Assembly (NCBI GenBank): GCA_964412635.1
Contig: CAYPPQ010000001.1
Location: 46,382 to 110,381 of the forward strand
Source: an uncultured Planctomycetia bacterium
GTDB lineage: Bacteria; Planctomycetota; UBA8108; UBA1146
DNA length: 64,000 nt
Direction: 5' to 3'
Shown here: positions 57,451 to 64,000 of the stretch, one piece after another
Position numbering within the stretch: the first letter of the stretch is position 1
Layout: each line of letters opens with the position of its first letter
Program-made: the position numbers and the translations under genes
Notes under the pieces: model-generated
Databases searched by the model: none
What the model was told of the DNA's origin: nothing
What the model saw: the letters and a program-made list of their open reading frames with translations, nothing else

Positions 57451-60400
57451 TCAGCGGTTGAACAGGAACGCGGGGTTATTGATCAGCGCCCAGGCGATAT
57501 CCTGAACGAGAGTAACCCTCCGGCTCTTCAATTGCTGCTCGCTCAGTTGCATCGCTCTCTCCAGTCGCACCAGTTCGGGATCCGGCGGCAACTTCATCTC
57601 AACCCTCGACAGCTTCTCTTGAAACTTCAGCAGTCCGGGATCGACGGGCCGCGGCATCTTGGCCGTTTCCAGCTTCTTCTTGTACTCGATCGCCTTCGGA
57701 TCGTTGGACTCGAAGTAGTCACGAAGTTGCACCTTCTGCTGGTCACTCCTGCTGCCTTCGGGCACCGCCACGATGGCGGCAATCTCATCTGGCAATCCCA
57801 TCGTCACGGGAACCTGGGATGTAGTGACCCAGACCTTGAATCGGCCGATGGTATGGCCAGCATCGAATTTGTAATGCATCGTGAAGGACAACACCGATCC
57901 AGCCCCGCCGATCACCTCCTTCAACTCGAAGGTGGCGATACGATCGACGCCAAGCTGAGGGCTGGATGCCCAGCCGTCATTGGTGACCTTTCCATCGATG
58001 GCCTTTGAAATCTCGTAGTTGGTCTGGCTGAAGTTCGCCCTGGCATTGTGCAGTGCAATCTTCTTCGATTCAGATTCCACCTCTCCGATCGGTGCCGGAG
58101 TCCACATCAACTCCAGCTCGGAGAGAACATAGTTGCCATTTTCATTTCTCCCGGGCCCTCGACCTGGAAGGCGATCATCGGCAAGGGCTCCGAGACGGAT
58201 CGCTGTCACACCTTCCAGGTCGACCGGTGCCGTGAAGGTGTAGGTCCCCATTCCGTTCTTCCCGGAAACAAAGACCGCGCCATCGTCTTCGATGGTCAGG
58301 GTGGCTCCACTCGATGCGATGAGGTTCTCGAGTTGCAGGGGAACCCAGCGGGTCTCCCCCTTCTTCTGCTCTTCCCAGGTCAGCAACTTCTCGGGGATCG
58401 TCTTGCCGTAGGCGATCTGTTCCGCGCTGGCGAGAGCGATCGCCTCGTCACGCTTCTTGTCGAGTTCTGCTTCGCGAGGAGCGATCTCCTCGGTGTAGGC
58501 AGCCACCTCGGCACGAGCATCGGCGATATCTGCCTGCTGCACCTCTTCCTTCTCCTGACGGAGAGTCGCGGCAACCTGCTGGTAGTGGGTGTACTCCTCC
58601 ACCAGTGAAGCATGATCAGTATCGATTTCCGTGAACATCGCTTTCAACGAAGCGACCTCTTTCTCGGTGGCTGGCCGGTTCAAGATCCGCAGGTACAGTT
58701 CCTCGATCAACTTGCCATCATCGGGTTGCTCGTCGACCAGAGCCCGGATGGCATTCTTGTCGTCGCTGATGGCCTGATCGACGGTCGGTCCCGTCACCAG
58801 AGCCATGACGCTATCGAGGCCGAGTGATTCCGTTCGATCACATTCACAGGAACTCTCCCTCGATGCTCGTCCAAGCGTCGTGAGAAATCCGTCCTTCAAC
58901 TGGATCCCGACATCGGGCAGTGCTGCTGCTCTCGTCCCCTCCGCAACCCCGGGAATCCTGGTCGTCGATCCGAGAACCTTGTGGATCGAATCGAAGAGGA
59001 CCTCGGCGGGCAACCTTCGAGGAATTGCGTGGGAGTAATTGAGTTGATCCCCTTGGTTCCACTGGTTGGTAGCGATGGAGAGTTGATAGGTTCTCGACTT
59101 GCAGATCTCGCTGATCAATCGCTGCACATCGAATTCGCTCTCGATGAAACCGCCGGTCAGATGATCGAGAAGTTGTGGATTGGTAGCAGGATTTCCGGCA
59201 CGGATGTCATCGAGGGGATCGATCAGACCGAGTCCTGTCAGATACCCCCACACTCGATTGACATAGCTCCTGGCAAAGTAATGGTTGTCCGGGGATGTGA
59301 TCCAGCGAGCCAGCTGCTCTCTCCTGGTTGCCCCCTCGGTGGCAGTAAATTGCGCCTCGTAGGGAAACTCCGGAACGGTCTCCGCACCGGTTCTTTCGTG
59401 AACCACCTCACCACTCTCGCCGTCGGAGACGATCTCGTAGAGTGGCTTGCTTCCCTCCACTGCCGTTCCGCCGATTCTCTTGTCACCGGAGGCCGGATCC
59501 TTCTTCAACTCGACCTGGCCATAGTAAGCTGCGAGTTGATAGTACTGATCCTGTGTCCACCGCTCGAAGGGATGGTCGTGACACTTGTTGCAGTTGAACC
59601 GGATGGCAAGGAACAACTGCGTGGTGTTCTCCATCAACTCCGTGGGAGTCCTCAGAATCTTGTGGTAGGAAGCGGGTGGATTCTCCTTGTTGGAACCACT
59701 GGCGGTGAGGATCTTCCAGACGAACTGATCGTAGGGTGTGTTCTCCTCGACTTCCTCGTGTATCCAGTTCCTGAACCCTTCCGCACCTTCCTTGCCGAGA
59801 TACTTGCTGTTGACCTGCAGTAAATCTGCCCAGCGATTGCCCCAGTGAACGACATAGGAATCCGATCCGATCAGATCATCGATCAAGGCATCTCGTTTGA
59901 TCATCGAAGGACGCGAATCCTCCATGAACTCCGAAATCCCTTCGATGTCCGGTGGCAATCCGGTCAGGTCGAGATGGATCCGTCTCACGAACTCCTCATC
60001 GGTGCACAGATCCGATCCCCGCAGCTGCATCCGTTTCCACTTGTCCACCACCAGCGAGTCGATGGGTGAACCTTGTGGAGGTGCCTCCCACTCGAATCCC
60101 GATCGATCACCCATGACGGTCATGGTTGTAGCGACGTAGGCTCCTTCAAATCGAGCGAGCAGTGGCGCTTCTCCCCTGCGCAGGGTCGTGACCCTTCCCG
60201 TTTCATCACAGCTGGCAACCTCGGTATCTCCACTGGAGATGAACGCCTCAGCAGTGACATCCCTGGTCGAGCCATCGTCGTAGTGAGCGGTCACTCTCAT
60301 CTGCTGCTGACCACCGATGTCGTGGACCACCGGTTGCGTCGGAGCCAGTTCGATCTTGCTGACCCTTGGAACCTCCACATCGAGCTGACAACCGCTGGCA

Positions 60401-62538
60401 ATCCAGTCACGAAGGATCTGGTAATAATCGGAATCGGCGTGGAACCGCTGTCCACCTTCATGAGGTACCGCTGCGGTGGCTTTGAGTAGCATCAGGCTGT
60501 CACCTGCCTGAGCCAGGTTGATGCGACGGCCGGCATGATCGTCAGAAAATGCCCGCACATCGAAGAGCGGATCGTAACCGCGCAGCGATAGCTTGAATCC
60601 GTTCTTCCCCTCCTTCGACCCGTGGCAGGTCCCGCCGTTACAGCCCGACTTCGAGATGACCGGATTCACATCCCGGAGAAAGCTGGGACGGAAGTCGTCG
60701 TTGCGGCCACTCACCCGCACCGAAACATCGATCGACTGTCCCTGGTGGGTGACCGATAGGGTGGTTGTACCATCCCTCTTCGGTCGTATCAGACCGCCTT
60801 CGATGGTGGCGATTTCATCCGAGAGGTTATAAGAGGCGGAATGTGTCAGGTCGACGGAGCGACCATTCGACTGCAATCCCGTCACCAGGATCTGCTGGTA
60901 TCCGTACTTCTCATCGATCTCGATGGCGGGAGGATCGGCTACCAGCGCGACCAGCTTCGTTTTCCCCTTTGCGGGCATCGGTACCGACAGGGCCACCCTC
61001 AACAGGTTGCCATTCTCTCCATCGACGAAGCGAATCAATCCATCCGCGCTTCCCACTGCGATCTGGCTTCGCTGCGGATGCCAGCTGAGTGAATAGACGG
61101 GAGAATCGAACTCTACCGTGGCCAGCGTCTCGATGTCCTTAGAGTGGAACTCCTCGATCTTCTTCTTCTCGGCAGCGTTTCTACTGGTCGATACCTTTTC
61201 GAGGATTCCCTTCATCCCTGCCGGGAGGGTGCCGTCAAACTCGCTGCTGTAGATGGAGAGGTGTCCCTTCCCATCCAGGCTACTGCCTGCGGCGATCCTC
61301 TTTCCGTCGGCGTTGTATTCGATGCCGAAGATGCGTCCGGGCATCGAATCGAAGGATCGCAGCAAGTTGGAGTTATCCCCGATCACTCGCTTGACCTCGC
61401 GGTGAATTCGATAGATCTGCGGCGTGCCCCGGGATCCTCCCACCAGTACCTCCTCCTTCGCTGGATGGCGATCGACCGCTGCCAGGCCACCCTTGAGGAT
61501 TGCGGGAGTGATGGAGGTGATGTTGTCGATGAACCTCTGGGTCTTCAGTTCGGTCAACTTTGCTGTCATGTCCCGACCCACCGAGATCACGTAATTCCCG
61601 TCCTTCGAGAAGACGGTATCGAGAATCCAATCGGAGGACACACCGTTGAAGAGAACTTGCTCACCGGTGGTGATATCGATGGCGCGAAGGGTGTTGTCTC
61701 CGCAGCCGAAGGAAACCAGACGATTGTCGGGGGACCAGCTGGCCCCGTAGATGGTGTCGAAGGTCACCGGAACCGAGAGGGCTAACTTCCAGCTGTCGGT
61801 GTCCCAGATCTGTAGTTCACCCATTCTTCCGGGCAAGCCACCTGTCACCGCCAGCTTCTTGCCGTCGGGGGAAAAGGCGATGGACTCGATGCGCTCCGAC
61901 ATCCCGATCAGTCTCTCGACGATCCCCTTCTTCTCCACATCGTGGATCAACACCTCGTGGTATCCGGAGACAGCCAACCACCGTCCATCGGGAGAGTAGT
62001 CGAGCGCCGTAACCATCGGAGGAGATTCGTAGAGAGGCGGATGATCCACATCGAACTTCTCGATGGCAGCAGCGGGAGTGTCGTCCACCGCTCCCTCGGC
62101 GATCCAGCGTGCGATCAATTCGATCTGCTCCGGCTGCAACGGATCACCTTTTTCAGGCATCTCCGCCTCGCCATCGACTGGAGTGATCAGATCGATCAAC
62201 AGACTCTCCGTCGGTTGATGTGGGATGATCGCCGCTTCGTCACCACCACCAGCGATCAACTGATCGAACTTCGTCATCACGTACTTGCCCTTGGACCTGG
62301 CGGGCTGGTGACAACCGTGACAGTTGGCCTGGAAGATGGGGCGGATCTGCTGGTAGAAGCTGACCTTCTCGGGAGCCTTTTCACCCTGGGGGCCGTCATC
62401 CCCACGCACCGGATGATCGAGGAGCAGCAACGGAGCGAGAAGCAGCAACGGAGCAAACAACCGCAGTACCTTGAAGGAAATCACCGGGTCCAACTCTCCT
62501 TCCGGTGGGGGGACAATCCGCACATCCGCCACCTCCAA
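57451..62538 (-). CDS. giant planctomycete-type PSCyt1/PSCyt2/PSD1 (DUF1549/DUF1553) protein with WD40 propeller, Ig-like and discoidin-like domains
   Basis: It has the N-terminal CHGCH heme-binding-like motif (ANCHGCHQP). WD40 repeats are present (LAVSGYHEVLIHDV..., WSPDNRLVSFGCGDNTLRAID). The DUF1549/DUF1553 core is FNCNKCHDHPFERWTQDQYY. The C-terminal F5/8-type-C-like domain contains SELELMWTPAP. Confidence 0.85.
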   Translation of the reverse strand: MEVADVRIVPPPEGELDPVISFKVLRLFAPLLLLAPLLLLDHPVRGDDGPQGEKAPEKVSFYQQIRPIFQANCHGCHQPARSKGKYVMTKFDQLIAGGGDEAAIIPHQPTESLLIDLITPVDGEAEMPEKGDPLQPEQIELIARWIAEGAVDDTPAAAIEKFDVDHPPLYESPPMVTALDYSPDGRWLAVSGYHEVLIHDVEKKGIVERLIGMSERIESIAFSPDGKKLAVTGGLPGRMGELQIWDTDSWKLALSVPVTFDTIYGASWSPDNRLVSFGCGDNTLRAIDITTGEQVLFNGVSSDWILDTVFSKDGNYVISVGRDMTAKLTELKTQRFIDNITSITPAILKGGLAAVDRHPAKEEVLVGGSRGTPQIYRIHREVKRVIGDNSNLLRSFDSMPGRIFGIEYNADGKRIAAGSSLDGKGHLSIYSSEFDGTLPAGMKGILEKVSTSRNAAEKKKIEEFHSKDIETLATVEFDSPVYSLSWHPQRSQIAVGSADGLIRFVDGENGNLLRVALSVPMPAKGKTKLVALVADPPAIEIDEKYGYQQILVTGLQSNGRSVDLTHSASYNLSDEIATIEGGLIRPKRDGTTTLSVTHQGQSIDVSVRVSGRNDDFRPSFLRDVNPVISKSGCNGGTCHGSKEGKNGFKLSLRGYDPLFDVRAFSDDHAGRRINLAQAGDSLMLLKATAAVPHEGGQRFHADSDYYQILRDWIASGCQLDVEVPRVSKIELAPTQPVVHDIGGQQQMRVTAHYDDGSTRDVTAEAFISSGDTEVASCDETGRVTTLRRGEAPLLARFEGAYVATTMTVMGDRSGFEWEAPPQGSPIDSLVVDKWKRMQLRGSDLCTDEEFVRRIHLDLTGLPPDIEGISEFMEDSRPSMIKRDALIDDLIGSDSYVVHWGNRWADLLQVNSKYLGKEGAEGFRNWIHEEVEENTPYDQFVWKILTASGSNKENPPASYHKILRTPTELMENTTQLFLAIRFNCNKCHDHPFERWTQDQYYQLAAYYGQVELKKDPASGDKRIGGTAVEGSKPLYEIVSDGESGEVVHERTGAETVPEFPYEAQFTATEGATRREQLARWITSPDNHYFARSYVNRVWGYLTGLGLIDPLDDIRAGNPATNPQLLDHLTGGFIESEFDVQRLISEICKSRTYQLSIATNQWNQGDQLNYSHAIPRRLPAEVLFDSIHKVLGSTTRIPGVAEGTRAAALPDVGIQLKDGFLTTLGRASRESSCECDRTESLGLDSVMALVTGPTVDQAISDDKNAIRALVDEQPDDGKLIEELYLRILNRPATEKEVASLKAMFTEIDTDHASLVEEYTHYQQVAATLRQEKEEVQQADIADARAEVAAYTEEIAPREAELDKKRDEAIALASAEQIAYGKTIPEKLLTWEEQKKGETRWVPLQLENLIASSGATLTIEDDGAVFVSGKNGMGTYTFTAPVDLEGVTAIRLGALADDRLPGRGPGRNENGNYVLSELELMWTPAPIGEVESESKKIALHNARANFSQTNYEISKAIDGKVTNDGWASSPQLGVDRIATFELKEVIGGAGSVLSFTMHYKFDAGHTIGRFKVWVTTSQVPVTMGLPDEIAAIVAVPEGSRSDQQKVQLRDYFESNDPKAIEYKKKLETAKMPRPVDPGLLKFQEKLSRVEMKLPPDPELVRLERAMQLSEQQLKSRRVTLVQDIAWALINNPAFLFNR

Positions 62539-62701
62539 ATGTTATCAGACAGGATGTGCAGGGGGCAGAGGGGGCTCGCCGATGCAACGGCTCACTTCTC
62601 CCCCTGTTTACAGTTCATCGACACCGTTTCTGGCTCCCAGGACATCACCTCGAGCTGTGCTGGCCGTGCTGATACCGGATGCGGTGCGGCAATCTTCGCC
62701 G

Positions 62702-63601
62702 TTACTTCGCAGCCAGGGCATCAAAATAGCTTCGTTGCGCTCGTAACGCTTCGACCCGTGCCTCCGGTGGTCGATCGTGAGCCTCCAGCAGCATCCAGCC
62801 GTCCCATTTCGCCGCCCTCAACAACTGGAACAGTTTTCCGTACGGATATCGCTTCTCATCCAGTCGCCGTACATGAAGGGTTCTTGCCAGCCTGTGACGA
62901 ACCCGGGCGAAGTTCGCCTCGATCCCTTCGCCGGCAAGATCGCCATCGTTACTGTTCCAGCACGCTCCCACCGCCGGATGATCGGCGATCTCCAGGATCC
63001 GTTCGATGTGGTGCAGGGGAGCGCACGAACCGTGGACCTCCAGTCGGATCTGTTGCCCCATCTCCGCAGCTTCCTTGCCCAGTTGAAGGAGTGACTTGCC
63101 GATCCGCTCGATGGTCGGCTCCAGTTGATCCCCCTCGGGGCAGTGATCGGGTTTGACCTTCACCCCACTGCCGCCGATATCGGCACTCAAGCGGAGAAAC
63201 TGCCGGGTGGTATCCATCGCCGCCTTCAGGCGGTCCGGATCGGCGTGATGCAACTTCTCGTTGCCGCCGATTCCGACGCAGCTAACGCTGGAATCCTCGA
63301 ATCGTTTCTTCACCTCGAGCCGCTGCTGCTTGTCGAGGCTCGGTTCAACGCCGTGTGCGTGGGTGGTGCGTAACTCCACACCCTCCAGACCGGATGATTC
63401 GCAGCTGTCGATGAGCCGCGGCAGGTTGAGATCCTGCCCCCACAGGTAGGTGACCAGTCCGAAACGAAACTTCACCGGCCGAAGTGACGGGGAATCATCG
63501 GCCCACAGCAGATGTGGAGCGACGGTGAGTGCCCCCCCTGCCGACACCAATCTCTTCAACAGTTCACGTCGATGAAGAGATGGAACCTCGTCGCCGGTCA
63601 C
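62702..63601 (-). CDS. xylose-isomerase-like TIM-barrel sugar-phosphate isomerase/epimerase, TAT-secreted
   Basis: The TAT signal is LHRRELLKRLVSAGGALTV. The AP-endonuclease-2 / xylose-isomerase-like barrel has metal ligands (LEVHG..., LLEAHD). Confidence 0.65.
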   Translation of the reverse strand: MTGDEVPSLHRRELLKRLVSAGGALTVAPHLLWADDSPSLRPVKFRFGLVTYLWGQDLNLPRLIDSCESSGLEGVELRTTHAHGVEPSLDKQQRLEVKKRFEDSSVSCVGIGGNEKLHHADPDRLKAAMDTTRQFLRLSADIGGSGVKVKPDHCPEGDQLEPTIERIGKSLLQLGKEAAEMGQQIRLEVHGSCAPLHHIERILEIADHPAVGACWNSNDGDLAGEGIEANFARVRHRLARTLHVRRLDEKRYPYGKLFQLLRAAKWDGWMLLEAHDRPPEARVEALRAQRSYFDALAAK

Positions 63602-63604
63602 CGA

Positions 63605-64000
63605 TCAGGCTTCTTCCGGAAAGACGTAGTCGGCTCGACCCGCCCTGAACAGCATCTTGTTCGCTTGTGGATCGTTGCTGAATCGCTCGCTACTGGCATC
63701 GAAATCGAGAACCTTGCCCGCCACGATTCCAGCGCTCTCGAAGTCGACCCCGTTGCTGCGTAGATGCCCGACCATTCGCTCGACATCTCCTGCTGCCGTG
63801 GTGGGCCAGGTGATGCGACCAGCCGCCTGTCCCGGGGACACCGCTTCACCTCTCATGAAGGAGATGTTTCCGAGGTGACAGAGCGCACTGGAGAGGTGCC
63901 CTCCCTCCACCGTTCCGGTCAAGGTCGAAGCATCCCTCGATCTCACCGCGTCGATGAAGTTCTGGAAGTGATTCTGTGCCCCTTGCCACTTGCGAATCTC
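63605..64000 (-). CDS. Gfo/Idh/MocA-family oxidoreductase, C-terminal part (gene continues past the window end)
   Basis: The frame is open to nt 64000 (...KWQGAQNHFQNFIDAVRSRDASTLTGTVEGGHLSSALCHLGNISFMRG...). This is the C-terminal alpha/beta domain typical of GFO_IDH_MocA. Confidence 0.6.
   Translation of the reverse strand, partial: EIRKWQGAQNHFQNFIDAVRSRDASTLTGTVEGGHLSSALCHLGNISFMRGEAVSPGQAAGRITWPTTAAGDVERMVGHLRSNGVDFESAGIVAGKVLDFDASSERFSNDPQANKMLFRAGRADYVFPEEA

Overview
This is a 64 kb chromosomal segment, roughly 60% GC by eye and densely coding. I could not run any searches, so every family call below rests on motifs I recognise by eye in the translations. The gene content looks planctomycete-like: a DUF1501 protein paired with a giant PSCyt/PSD cytochrome-domain protein, a dockerin-bearing secreted protein, a Ser/Thr kinase with a GSPII_E_N/MshEN-like N-terminal domain, and a TAT-signal sugar-phosphate-isomerase / Gfo-Idh-MocA pair.

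Confident housekeeping calls:
- a CNNM/CorC-type CBS-domain transporter, truncated at the 5' end by the window edge
- tRNA-Ser(UGA)
- cobalamin-dependent methionine synthase metH
- a complete F1Fo ATP synthase operon, atpZ-atpI-atpB-atpE-atpF-atpH-atpA-atpG-atpD-atpC, on the minus strand
- clpC
- NADP-dependent isocitrate dehydrogenase (icd)
- fpg/mutM
- topA, which carries a lysine-rich C-terminal tail

The features I would look at first:
1. A two-gene operon (11.4-14.6 kb) whose first gene fuses a RadC-type JAB/MPN domain to an Fe-S DinG helicase and is translationally coupled to a MobA-like nucleotidyltransferase.
2. An unusual 1139 aa secreted protein combining an M1-like HEXXH...E domain, an M28 aminopeptidase domain and a PDZ domain.
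3. A roughly 13 kb array of eleven genes in one orientation (31.1-43.4 kb), in which eight consecutive genes are linked by 4-nt overlaps (ATGA/TTGA) or very short gaps. It encodes what looks like a hydroxyproline / imino-acid catabolic module:
   - MR/MLE enolase, Old-Yellow-Enzyme, a fused 2Fe-2S/FAD HcnA-HcnB-like oxidoreductase, a DapA-like lyase and an alpha-ketoglutarate-semialdehyde-dehydrogenase-like ALDH
   - interleaved with an Nramp-family homolog that has lost the DPGN metal site, a conserved protein of unknown function, and a siderophore/B12-type ABC importer
   - partner genes (a DadA-like FAD oxidase, a proline-racemase-family enzyme, an O-methyltransferase and a GT4 glycosyltransferase) sit in a second tight array with icd at 43.5-48.6 kb

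I found no IS elements, integrases, CRISPR arrays or rRNA.
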